Positions 11,206 through 20,601 of a stretch of DNA of 64,000 nucleotides are shown piece after piece. The stretch comes from Blastocatellia bacterium (GTDB lineage Bacteria; Acidobacteriota; Blastocatellia; UBA7656): NCBI GenBank assembly GCA_963765495.1, contig CAVXWP010000016.1, positions 224,001 through 288,000 of the forward strand, written 5' to 3'. The notes beneath the pieces were generated by a model. It worked only from the letters and a program-made list of their open reading frames with translations. It did not search any database and had not been told where the DNA came from. Every line of letters starts with the position of its first letter. Within the stretch, counting starts at the first letter, position 1. A program made the position numbers and the translations under genes.

Positions 11206-11562
11206 ATGTCTGCCAAGCTAACAATAATATTCTTCATACTGATCTGTTTCGAGATCGGGGCGTTACTCGTCATTCTGCCCTGGCTAAACTATCCTTCCTG
11301 GAACGAGAACTATTTGCTGGTGCTTGCCTCTGAGCGATTGCACTCGCCCGCGCTTGCCCGCGTGATGACGAGCGGATATGCGCGAGGCGCGGTTACAGGT
11401 CTCGGCCTGCTAAACATTTTGCTGGGACTCTGGGAGATCAGAAATTTTAAGAAGACTGCTCGCGCTTTTCAGATAGAATGGCAGAGTGAAGAACCCGTTA
11501 TCGAGCCGCTCCCTGATATATCTGATAACCGACCGGCGAATGCTGCCCCCGGCGATAGATAA
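11206..11562 (+). CDS. Small membrane protein (two predicted TM segments)
   Basis: Hydrophobic FFILICFEIGALLVILPW and GYARGAVTGLGLLNILLG. Confidence 0.75.
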   Translation: MSAKLTIIFFILICFEIGALLVILPWLNYPSWNENYLLVLASERLHSPALARVMTSGYARGAVTGLGLLNILLGLWEIRNFKKTARAFQIEWQSEEPVIEPLPDISDNRPANAAPGDR

Positions 11563-12191
11563 AACAGAGAGAGAAAACCGACAGAGAAAAAGCCCGACAG
11601 AGAAAAGCCCGACAGAGAAAACCGGCCTCGCATCACTTTTAGATTTCATCGAACGCGCCCTCCGAGCCGGAGTGAATATGGTCCAGATTCGCGAGCGCGA
11701 TCTTTCGGCCCGCCGGTTGTTTTCTCTGACCGAAGCGGTTGTAAAAATCGCCCGCAACTACAACACTCGCGTGCTCGTAAACGACCGCGCAGACATAGCG
11801 GCCACCACAGGCGCGGGCGTACACCTTACTACACGTTCAATAAAACCCGATGTCGTGCGAAGCGTCTTTGGATCGGAGATGTTGATAGGCGTGTCTACGC
11901 ATTCGCTCGAAGAGGCCGTCGCGGCAGAAAAAGGCGGAGCAGACTTCATAGTCTTCGGCCCTGTTTTTGAGACGGAGAGCAAGAAAATATACGGCCCGCC
12001 CGTAGGTCTTGAGGCACTGGCCGAGGTCACGGCCCGGTTAAGTATTCCGGTGCTCGCGCTCGGAGGAATAAAGCTTTCCAATTTCAGGGAGGCGCTCGAG
12101 AGCGGGGCCGCAGGCATCGCCGCAATATCGTTATTTACAGGGGCAAGCGATCTCAGAAAGCGTCATGCGGATTATCAAAACGCGCATTTGA
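11486..12191 (+). CDS. thiE: Thiamine phosphate synthase; extra A at ~12155 extends the ORF to 12340 as given
   Basis: LIYLITDR, VQIRER, VNDRADIA, GVHL, GVSTHS, FGPVFET, ALGGI. The duplicate 3' end near 22640 lacks the extra A. Confidence 0.9.
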
Positions 12192-12576
12192 GAACGGGGC
12201 CAGATAACCGACAGGGTCACACGCAACCGGATTGCACCGTGCTCTATAGTTGCACACTGGTGCTGCCGAAACGAGGTTGCTGCGCAAGGTCCAGGTCCAG
12301 GCCTGCAAAGTCCTGGCGAGCCGCGCCGTCGAGTATGTAAACCTCCCGGCGTACGTTGCCGCAGGTGACAGGCCAGACCTCGCTTTCCAACGGCTCGCCC
12401 GCAGGCGTTGCTATTTTGTAATTGCCCCGAGCATCGGTCAGGGCGGCATAGTCAACGCCATTCTGGCGCAATTTCACCAGCGCGCCTTCAACCGTGAGCC
12501 TGCTCGTATCGGTGACCTTGCCTTCGACAACTGGCTGTCCCACGCAGGCAACCGGCCCTGCATAGGCGAAAATAAG
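12031..12576 (+). repeat. Duplicated segment A (copy at ~22520-23062): thiE 3' end plus the 3' end of the 22722-23969 gene
   Basis: Colinear diverged match by eye, e.g. CCCGGTTAAGTATT.CGGTGCTCGCGCT and TTGCCTTCGACAACTGGCTGTCC. Confidence 0.9.
12244..12576 (-). pseudogene. C-terminal remnant of a paralog of 22722-23969 (carboxypeptidase-regulatory-like domain)
   Basis: GQPVVEGKVTDT...YAALTDARGNYKIATPAGE is nearly identical to the 22722 ORF C-terminus; the 5' part is missing. Confidence 0.85.
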
Positions 12577-12589
12577 GGTCTTACTGAAA

Positions 12590-12716
12590 TTCGAATTGCG
12601 CTATGAAGTCCAGGAAGGGCTCAACGTCGTTGAACGTTGGAATGGCGCTAACGAGTTCATCTGTTATGGACGACAAGGCGTCTTCGCCACCAATAGCCGC
12701 GCGCAACAGGAGATGG
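12590..12716 (+). pseudogene. Tn3-family transposase internal fragment
   Basis: ELRYEVQEGLNVVERWNGANEFICYGRQGVFATNSRAQQE resembles the GLN.VE.WN.AN..I.YG segment of Tn3 TnpA. Confidence 0.7.
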
Positions 12717-13392
12717 CGAGGAAACTGGTTCGGCTGCTGCGGCCAGTGCACCCGGACTATTCTTACTTGAAGAAAGTCTTTCAGCACACCCGCGAACTGC
12801 TCCAAGTACGGCCCGGCAAAGTGGAGAAGCGCTTACCGGAGTTGCTGACGGATGAGGAACTATTGGCGTTTTACGAAGCGGTCTGGAACGCTCGCCAGCC
12901 CGTCCATATGGTGATGATCAAGTTGCTGATCTTCACCGGAGTCAGAAACGCCGAACTCGCTAGTGTGCGCCTGAAAGATGTGGACCTCAACAACTGTCAA
13001 CTGCGGATCGAGCAAGGCAAGGGGAAGAAGGATCGTAACGTGCTGTTTCCGAAAAGCTTTCGTGGCGAGTTGGCGCAATATCTGGGCAGCCAGAAAGAGA
13101 AAAGGCGACTCATCTGTTCGAGTCGAATCGCTTCCAGCCGTACTCGACGCGCCGCATTCGGCAGATCGTCAAGCAGTATGCGCTTGAAGCCGGCATTGAG
13201 AAGCGCGTCTATCCACACTTGTTCCGGCACCAAATCATCACCTATCTGAGCAAACGAGGAATCATCAGTCCGAAACTGCAACTGCTAAGTGGGCATGTAG
13301 AAGAAAAAAGTCTGGCGATCTATCGCGATCTAGCCTTGTCAGATGTGGCGGGTGAATATGAAGAGGCGATGCGGACGTTTCCGGTCCGGTAA
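12713..13392 (+). pseudogene. Tyrosine recombinase, frameshifted near 13103 and fused to the Tn3 fragment
   Basis: TGVRNAEL, GKGKKDR; the other frame continues HLFESN...PHLFRH...LSGH...LAIY...TFPVR*. Confidence 0.85.
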
Positions 13393-13437
13393 GAAGGTGC
13401 TTGTTGGGTCTTATCGCAGCTTCCCTCCTGTACGTCC

Positions 13438-13576
13438 TTAAAGCTTTTCGTACCTCTTTGGAGACGTAGCGGGCTTGATCGTAGGTAAGATGATATTTTC
13501 GCCGGAGCTTTGTTGTTGTTGAGATGAGCTCTTTGAGGCTTTTTTGAGATTTCGCTTTCGCGGATGGAGTACGCAT
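13438..13576 (-). pseudogene. Probable N-terminal remnant of a second tyrosine recombinase
   Basis: KLRRKYHLTYDQARYVSKEVRKAL resembles the N-terminal pattern of the adjacent recombinase (DYSYLKKVFQHTRELL). Confidence 0.4.
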
Positions 13577-13715
13577 AAGTAGGCCTTTTCAGGCTACTAC
13601 TTACCTGAAAAGCTGTCAAATCGGCTCGATAATTTCGCACTCCAGGCATTCTGCGAAATGATTTCTTTTGGTCTCCTTCCTTTCTCTGATGGTGAGGAAG
13701 CCGCATTCTAATGTC

Positions 13716-15085
13716 TCAACGGAAGTTTTCGACCAGCATTAGGCTGCCGTTGTGAGATCCCTCCGCTTGGGTAAAGAGGATGGAGCGACGATCGGGCGAA
13801 ACCGCAAAACTGTTAGAGAGGTTTTCTTCCTTCATCCCGGCGATCTTCGTAAGCTTGCTAGTCCGGTGTGTGGCAAAATTGAAGAAGCAAATACCAATGT
13901 CATTCTTCGCCCATGGGCAAAGGAAATAAATACCATCGCTCACTACGGCCCAATAGCGCGACATTCCCAGTGAATTGCAGGACTCACAAACCAGGGTTTC
14001 CTCGCCGCCCTCTATTGGTACACGCCAAAAGCCATTGAAGCGCTCCTTAGTGTAATAGACAAACCTGCCATCAGTTGACTCGAAAGCCGCCAATCCACCG
14101 TGCCTGGTTAGCTGCACGGCCCCGCCTCCCTGGGCTGGCATTTTCCACAGCTGATAATCTCCACTGCGCCTGGAAGCGAAGTAAATCCACTGCCCATCTC
14201 TGGACCAGCTCGGAATATTGTCATCGGCAGCATCGGTAGTGAGGCGGCGCGGTGGGCCACCTTCGGCGCTGGCCACGTAAATGTTCCAGTCACCATTTGC
14301 TTGACAGTCGAAAGCGATCTGCCGTCCATCGGGAGACCAGTGTGGGCTTCCTGCCCACTCGCTCAGGAAGGTGAATTGAGCCGGGTTTGAACCATCGCTA
14401 TTGCATGTCCATATCTCCGAGAACCCGGAGCGATCGCTCGCGAAGGCGACTCTTTGGCCATCAGAAGAGAATTGAGGGTCACGCTCGCCTTCCGTCGATG
14501 AGACGAAACCTACCGGTAGACTAGGCTGGCCTGTTGAAGCTGGTAGCTCAAGGCGGTAGATGCTTAACTTACCACCCCATTGGGTGTAGGCCAGGCGATG
14601 CCCTCTACTAGAAACGGCTACGGAAAACGCTCTGTCTCCGCCCACTGCAAGACGCTCGGGAGTGCCACCGACAATGGGAATTCTCCACAAGGCGCTATGG
14701 GAGATCGGGCTGGCGAGACGACTCGACGAGAAGATGATTTCACGGCCATCCGGAGTCCAGGCCGCTCTATCGATGTGCGCATTATCGAAGGTCAGCCGTT
14801 TGGGCTGGCCGCCCGTTATGGGCACCAGATAGAGATCTCCCAATCCTGTAGTGTCGACAGTTGTGTGGCGCACAAAGGCCAGCGTCTGACTATCTGGAGA
14901 GAAGACTGGAGAGGAATCTCCTGCAGACTGCGCGGGCGGAGATGTCAGAGTGCGCCTTTCTCCCGTCTCCAGCGAAAACAAGAGAATGCCGGCAGGGTCC
15001 TCCTGTGAGACTCGGTGCGAGGACGCGATGAACTTGCCATCAAGAGACCAGTCGAGTGTAGGCCACAAGTGCCAATTAACAGGAC
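13716..15085 (-). pseudogene. 3' part (TolB/PD40 beta-propeller) of a wHTH-TM-TolB regulator split by the IS110 insertion
   Basis: Repeated WSPDG/FSPDS PD40 motifs; rejoins 16888-17791 in frame. Confidence 0.9.
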
Positions 15086-15087
15086 CT

Positions 15088-15396
15088 GCTCTGAAAATAA
15101 AAGGGGTGCTAAATGTTGATAACGAGTAGATGAAGACAAACAACTCCGAGCCTGTGCGATATTACTTCTGCACAGCTTCATCAAACTGGTTGTCGGTAGG
15201 GCATTGGTTAATAAGCATGAGTCTGCTCTACGTGCTCAAAGGCAACAATTCGGGGTACCAGAAATATGCCCAGGTCAAACTGCTATACAGGCTCGAAGCA
15301 CCAAGGACCGTTCGACCTTCATACCGACATACAAAATTCTATCATGGCTCTCACACATTTTCATCATTCGAAGGTGAGCCGCAGGCTCATGATGAA
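15088..15396 (-). mobile_element. Non-autonomous IS110 satellite (bridge-RNA-only mini-element)
   Basis: Bounded by CT cores at 15086-87 and 15397-98; repeats the IS left-end scaffold and the right-end motif TTATTTTCA.AGCAG; no transposase. Confidence 0.8.
15200..15350 (-). ncRNA. Second bridge/seek RNA-like module (satellite); boundaries approximate
   Basis: Scaffold AGGTC...CCTTGGTGC...AGTTTGAC.TGGG...TTGTTGC...GAGCACG...CCAATGCC is shared with 16680-16840, with different guide segments. Confidence 0.7.
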
Positions 15397-15424
15397 CTGC
15401 TATGAAAATAAGAGTAGGTGTTGA

Positions 15425-16663
15425 TCAGGCAGCTTGCTCGACCTCTTCAACAGTTACTCTCAAGCCCGTCCCCTCAAGCTGTCGGATTAATCTTCGCCGC
15501 TGCTTCTCTACATTCCTTTTGTCCAGATAATCTACTCCCAACTCTTTGTAACCGGCTCTCTCTTCTAAGACGTGATATACAATCACAAGTATCGAATGTG
15601 CTATTGCTACCAGCGCCTTCTTCTTCCCCATTCTCTTGACCAGCCTTTTGTACTTCGCTGCAAGGAAACAATCCTTCTGATGCGTTGCTGCCCAGGCTGC
15701 CTGCACAAGGGCTGCTTTTAGATAGCTATTGCCCTTTTGGGTTCTTCCACTCTTTCGTTTTCCTGCCGATTGATTATTACTGGGACAGATCGAAGCCCAA
15801 CTTGAGAGATTCTTGTCTGTTGGGAAGCAGCTCATATCTACTCCAATCTCAGAGACAATGATCTGGGCTAAGGTCTTTGCGACTCCTGGAATAGAATCGA
15901 GAAGCTCAACAGCTTGCTTAACAAAAGGGTCTGGGGAAGTTTCGACCTCCTGGCTGATCTTCTCTTCAACCCTCTTAATAGAGGATTCAACCGAGTCATA
16001 CTGATCGAGGAGTTCTTTAAGAATCCAGCGTTGGGCAGAAGTGAGGCGACCGTGCAAAGCACGCTTCAAGTCAGCCTTCTTACGCTTCATCCTCCGACGA
16101 GCAAGGTCGCTGATCTTGTCAGCATCGGTTTGACCATCAGCCAAAGCTCTCAGCATCAGCCTGCCGCTAACCCCCAAAGCATCACTAGCGACTTGAGCGA
16201 GCTTGATATTGGCGCTTTCAATCAACTTCTGAATGCGATTGGCAAGAGCAGTCTGCTCACGGATAAGGCTCTGGCGGTAGCGAGTCAAATCCCTGAGTTC
16301 ACGGATATGAGGAGGAGGGATAAAGCTGGGACGAAGCAGACCGTGACGAAGCAGGTCAGCAAGCCACTCACAATCCTTAACATCAGTCTTTCTGCCAGGA
16401 ACAGCTTTGACGTGGCGGGCATTAACCAAAATAACCTCCAGGGAGGATTCGAGGATATTGAAAACAGGCTTCCAGTAAACGCCAGTACTTTCAATAGCGA
16501 CGTGAGTGCAGCCTTGAGAAGTGAGCCAGTCGAGCAGGGCAAGCAAATCATCAGTCATGGTTGAGAAAGTGCGAACCTCTTTGTTGCCGTCAGTGATGAG
16601 GCAGGCGACAACGGTGCGAGCGTGAACATCAATACCACAGCAAGAGTTGTAAAGAATCTGCAT
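15425..16663 (-). CDS. IS110-family DEDD transposase/recombinase (412 aa)
   Basis: GIDVH, AIESTG, KTDVKD, SIPGV, PSNNQSAGK (catalytic Ser region); AAAGGAG RBS before the ATG at 16663. Confidence 0.96.
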   Translation of the reverse strand: MQILYNSCCGIDVHARTVVACLITDGNKEVRTFSTMTDDLLALLDWLTSQGCTHVAIESTGVYWKPVFNILESSLEVILVNARHVKAVPGRKTDVKDCEWLADLLRHGLLRPSFIPPPHIRELRDLTRYRQSLIREQTALANRIQKLIESANIKLAQVASDALGVSGRLMLRALADGQTDADKISDLARRRMKRKKADLKRALHGRLTSAQRWILKELLDQYDSVESSIKRVEEKISQEVETSPDPFVKQAVELLDSIPGVAKTLAQIIVSEIGVDMSCFPTDKNLSSWASICPSNNQSAGKRKSGRTQKGNSYLKAALVQAAWAATHQKDCFLAAKYKRLVKRMGKKKALVAIAHSILVIVYHVLEERAGYKELGVDYLDKRNVEKQRRRLIRQLEGTGLRVTVEEVEQAA

Positions 16664-16679
16664 GATAGAACTCCTTTCG

Positions 16680-16840
16680 GCATTGGCGGGGAGCCTCAAA
16701 ACAAAAGAGACTGCTATGCGTGCTCGAAGCAACAAGTTGTGATGCCTGAAAAGGCTCCCCAAGTCAAACTAACGACCGGGCTAAAGGCACCAAGGCCCGA
16801 CGACCTATCAGCCAATGACCAGAAGGAAGGATACATAAAC
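16680..16840 (-). ncRNA. Bridge/seek RNA of the IS110; boundaries approximate
   Basis: Non-coding region upstream of the transposase contains TCGTTAG (matches the target flank) and CATAGCAGT (matches the element's own right end). Confidence 0.78.
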
Positions 16841-16887
16841 TCTCAGACATTTTCATCCGTCGTGAAGAAGCCTTGCTTCATGGATGC

Positions 16888-17791
16888 CTAACGAGAGTAA
16901 TTTGCGCTCAGTGCCGCCGGTTGCGGGCACGGTGAAGATGGTCCACTCTTTTTCCCAATTGCGCACAAAAGCGATTTGCTGACCATCGGGTGACCAAGTT
17001 GGATATAGGTCTAACCCTGGGAAGGTGGTAAGTCGCAATGCTCTTTCCCCACCGATTGATTTGACGTAGATGTCCCAGTTGTCGTTCTTCTCGCCGAACC
17101 AACGAAAGGCTATCTGGTTACCATCCGGCGAGAAAGCAGCGGCGTCATGGTCACCGATCTCGGTCGTGAAGGGTAGAACCTTCATCGGCGGCAGCGGGGG
17201 GACGAAATTATGCCGGGAAAAGTAGAGCCCTACTATGCTGCTGATGGCTAACAGCAACCCTATAGGCCATATGAAGGTCTTCGCCCGCCACCAAGGACGA
17301 CGGTACGAGGTTGAAGGCGCCTCGTTAGCAACGACTACGGCTTGTGGTGGGATCAATACCGTGTGTGGTAAGACGCCCTCTTCCGTTTCAGCAGTTGTCT
17401 CCTCTTCAATAATGACGCTTGCTCTGGTGAGTCTTTGCAATAACACCTCAGTCACTTCCTCCGTAAGCTCTCTCACGCTAGCCACAAATCGGTAGCCTCG
17501 CTTGGGAACCGTTTCAATGTATTGCGCAGTGTTCTTACTCTCACCCAAAGCCTTCCTCAGCGTCGAGATATTGTTGGCCAGATTGTGCTCTTCGACAAAG
17601 CTATCCGGCCATAGAGTCTTCAGCAGTTCCTCCTTTTCAACCAAGTGGCCGCGGCGCTCGACAAGCACCACGAGGGTTTCAAAGGCCCTCGGAGTCAGCG
17701 CCACAGGCCCGCCATCGCGCAAGAGCAGGTGTTCTGCGACGTCTAAGCGAAAAGGGCCGAATTCATATAAACACTTTGATTGATTTCTCAT
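16888..17791 (-). pseudogene. 5' part (CadC/OmpR-type winged helix, TM segment, first PD40 repeats) of the IS110-split regulator
   Basis: YEFGPFRLD, LWPDSFVEE.NL...LRKAL, IETVPKRGYRF, hydrophobic helix, FSPDG. Confidence 0.9.
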
Positions 17792-17807
17792 ACCGCCTCT
17801 CCGAAGG

Positions 17808-17850
17808 TCTGGAGAATTTTTGGACACTTTTTGGATAACTTTCTGAAGAC
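17808..17850. promoter_or_regulatory. 11-bp-phased direct repeats, putative wHTH operator
   Basis: TGGA at 17810, 17821 and 17832 with T-rich spacers, between divergent genes. Confidence 0.5.
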
Positions 17851-17985
17851 TTCCAAACTGCCTTTCGATTACTGTCGTCCGCGAGGTGAACAATGACAGG
17901 AAGTGATGTTCAGTTCAGTAATCCTTGTGCTACCCGCATTGTACTGCAAAGCGGAGCGTGGGGCAAAACATTCGGAGGTGGGGTG

Positions 17986-18240
17986 ATGAGAAAGACGAGG
18001 ACCGAAATCAGAGTCGAGACATACGAGCTTTTAGCAATAAGAAAGCGCGGCGGGTTGGCGCAAGGCTGGTGTGAGCAATGTGCCAAGCTCGTTGGATTGA
18101 TCTCCCTGGAGGAGGCATTCCGAGCCGGTCTTGGCCAGAGTGCTGTTTATCGGCAGGTTGAGGCCGGTAGGCTCCACTTCATCGAACCGACCGGACCGTT
18201 ACGTTTCATTTGCCTGGACGGATTAAGGATTGACGACTGA
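17986..18240 (+). CDS. Small hypothetical protein (CxxC plus HTH-like segment), divergent from the wHTH-TolB gene
   Basis: GGAGG RBS; RTEIRVETYELL...WCEQC...VYRQVEAGRLHFIE...ICLDGL. Confidence 0.7.
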   Translation: MRKTRTEIRVETYELLAIRKRGGLAQGWCEQCAKLVGLISLEEAFRAGLGQSAVYRQVEAGRLHFIEPTGPLRFICLDGLRIDD

Positions 18241-18245
18241 GATGA

Positions 18246-18395
18246 TCATCCACAATTGGGAATGTCCGCTTCTATCAATAAAATGCGTCGCAGTTCTTGA
18301 TATACAATCGGCATCAACTTATCGAGCGCTGCCTTGTCGCCTCTCCTCCAGTCCACCAGCAGTTGAGTCAATTCACTTGTAGGAGGTGTTGTCAT
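18246..18395 (-). pseudogene. Truncated ECF sigma factor (TIGR02999-like N-terminus)
   Basis: Manual translation MTTPPTSELTQLLVDWRRGDKAALDKLMPIVYQELRRI, then similarity is lost. Confidence 0.8.
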
Positions 18396-18742
18396 ACCGG
18401 GCCATCCAGAAGCTTTGATGAGCAGCAGGCGGAGCCGATTATATCGCTTTCGCGCATCCCCAACTCAAAAAACCTGATCGGATGTGGGAATCTCCGCGCA
18501 GTTCCCGCCTAACATAGTGAGGGCAGGAAGATATTCACCTTAAACGAAGCGGGCTCATCACAATATAAGCAGGTGACCACCTCGGCAGTTGACTAGATCC
18601 AATCCGAAGTCGAGCGCCGACGCGAGTCTTAAGACCTGCACAAACGCTAACAAGACTGAGCAGACCACAAGCCAGGCTTCCCTGGTCATAAACCGGTGGT
18701 GTGCCTAAGCAGAGCTCGAACGGCTGCGCAAAAGGAGAGATC

Positions 18743-19483
18743 ATGTTTAAGAACGTCACCACACCTGCAATTCTATTCCTGATACTGACGACCGCCTCTA
18801 TCGCACAACCCAATAAGACCAACGTCTCCTTCGGTGGCGCAGGCACGTCGGCGCTTGCTTACTTTGGGAGGATTCCTCCTCAGAGCTTCGATAGATACCT
18901 TAAGAGCATCCGCCCCAACAAGCTTTCGCCCGAGTTAAAGGCCAGGCTCATCGCCATACTCCCGAAGCAGGATATAATCAGCCCGTCGGCTCAAGGGCGG
19001 GATAAATTGGCCTCTCTTGAGCCTATCCTTAAGTACTTTGACCGCAGCTCAGTCATTGACCTTAAGGTCATCAGAATGGGGCAGGCGGTGGTTCTATTCC
19101 TGGCAGGGGCTGCCATTTTGATTTCGGAGGAAGCTCTCGACCTGCTTACTGCAAAAGAATTGCAGGGAATAGTCGCTCACGAGCTGGGGCATGAGTATTT
19201 CTGGAATGAATTGCAGCAGGCTCGCCTGAACAAGCAATACGAAAAAATACAGGAGATAGAACTACGTTGCGACGGAATTGCTATTATCACGATGGAGCAG
19301 CTCGGACTTGACCCATTACACTTCATATCAGCGATAACTAAGATGACAAAAACGCACGGAGGTACGCTGCTAAATAAGGGGTACTACCCGCCTTTTGAAG
19401 AGCGGATCAGGTTCATCCATGCGATGATTGAAATGGTGAATTCGAGACGCGAAGTGTTTGGACCTCTCGTCAGCAAGAGTTAA
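18743..19483 (+). CDS. Exported M48-like zinc metallopeptidase
   Basis: Signal peptide, ELQGIVAHELGH, E.RCD, YPPFEERI; AGGAG RBS. Confidence 0.85.
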   Translation: MFKNVTTPAILFLILTTASIAQPNKTNVSFGGAGTSALAYFGRIPPQSFDRYLKSIRPNKLSPELKARLIAILPKQDIISPSAQGRDKLASLEPILKYFDRSSVIDLKVIRMGQAVVLFLAGAAILISEEALDLLTAKELQGIVAHELGHEYFWNELQQARLNKQYEKIQEIELRCDGIAIITMEQLGLDPLHFISAITKMTKTHGGTLLNKGYYPPFEERIRFIHAMIEMVNSRREVFGPLVSKS

Positions 19484-19968
19484 AAGGGATTGGTGGTCGT
19501 CAATTGGAAGATGAATACGTATGGAGACGAAAGAATGACTATCCAGGTCCGATAGTCCAGCATTTGCTGTCGCACTATGACAATGACCTGACACACATTA
19601 TGACTCATCTGCTTAGTAGTATAACATCTTACCTAAACCGGGGCACAAACCTGCATTTCGTATTCTGCCTATTGCTGCTTAAGTCCTACAGTAAGTGGAT
19701 GACAACAGCAATGGATGAAAAGGGTCTAAATTTAATTGAGACGTGGTCATAAATTAAAACCTTTACATCTAGCAGTTAGAGGGTCTGACAAGACCGGCCG
19801 CAAGCTGTGTCAAATTATGTTACATCTGTAAATGTTGCATCTGGGCCTTAACTGTTTCTGAATTATGACCACGCCTCAATTAATTCCTGTTTTGCCTGGA
19901 TCACTCATTTTTCTCCTTAATCGTTCGATTTCTTCCCATTCGGGGGGTGCTTTGGAAGTGACTTGAAA

Positions 19969-20601
19969 CTACTTAACCTGCTCATATGTTCCCTCCATGA
20001 AAAACTTGTTCTGATCTAATGCGCTTTTGGTAGTGTAAAAGTCCACAGTCACAGAATCCTCATTAAATACCATCTTGATATAGCGACATCTGTCACCATC
20101 AAAGTTTGGAGCAGACAACAGACGAATGATGGTTCCGTCCTCATCCTCCGAAATAGTTTCGTATGCAGAACTTTGCCCGCTTCGCCAAGTGATCTTTTTT
20201 GAATTTCGATTTTCATACATCGTCATCCTCCCAAAACTCATATTAGAAGTACTGACCGGCTCCCACCGCGTAACTGAATCCTGAAAGATAGCGCAAAGGT
20301 CTGAATAACCAGTCCCGTTAAACTGATTTATCGCCGCCTCACCTTCCTCGCAGCTCGCCATCACAACAAAACCGAAACCTCTCGACCTTCCGGTTTCCTT
20401 ATCCTCACCGACTTCCGCACTCTCGACAGGGCCAGACTGTAAAAAAAGTTCACGCAACGTTTCGCTGCTAGTTTGAAAACTTAGATTGCCCACATATACC
20501 TTCATCTGCTCGGCTATTGGGTTTTGAGCTTCGGCAAAAGGCGCGTCGCCCGCGACCAGCACGATAAGCGAGATGATTACGATAAGCCCTATTTTCTTCA
20601 T
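19969..20601 (-). CDS. RRM-domain protein with an N-terminal signal peptide and an unrelated C-terminal domain
   Basis: MKKIGLIVIISLIVLV...AEA; RNP2 VYVGNL; RNP1 RGFGFV. Confidence 0.75.
   Translation of the reverse strand: MKKIGLIVIISLIVLVAGDAPFAEAQNPIAEQMKVYVGNLSFQTSSETLRELFLQSGPVESAEVGEDKETGRSRGFGFVVMASCEEGEAAINQFNGTGYSDLCAIFQDSVTRWEPVSTSNMSFGRMTMYENRNSKKITWRSGQSSAYETISEDEDGTIIRLLSAPNFDGDRCRYIKMVFNEDSVTVDFYTTKSALDQNKFFMEGTYEQVK

Larger units (their letters stand above)
15399..16887 (-). mobile_element. IS110-family insertion sequence
   Basis: Intact transposase, ~225-bp upstream non-coding end, CT core at both junctions, no target-site duplication beyond the core, sub-terminal ATGAAAAT/ATTTTCAT inverted motif. 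Confidence 0.93.

Noticed and set aside
15130-15405. 91-aa ORF inside the satellite
   Set aside because: It is antisense to the RNA scaffold and has no recognisable motif or RBS.
16664-16762. 33-aa N-terminal extension of the IS110 transposase
   Set aside because: It overlaps the bridge RNA scaffold; the RBS supports the ATG at 16663.
18297-18512. 71-aa plus-strand ORF
   Set aside because: It is the shadow of the truncated ECF sigma on the minus strand.
19504-19960. AT-rich short ORF region
   Set aside because: No start signals or motifs; probably decayed foreign DNA.
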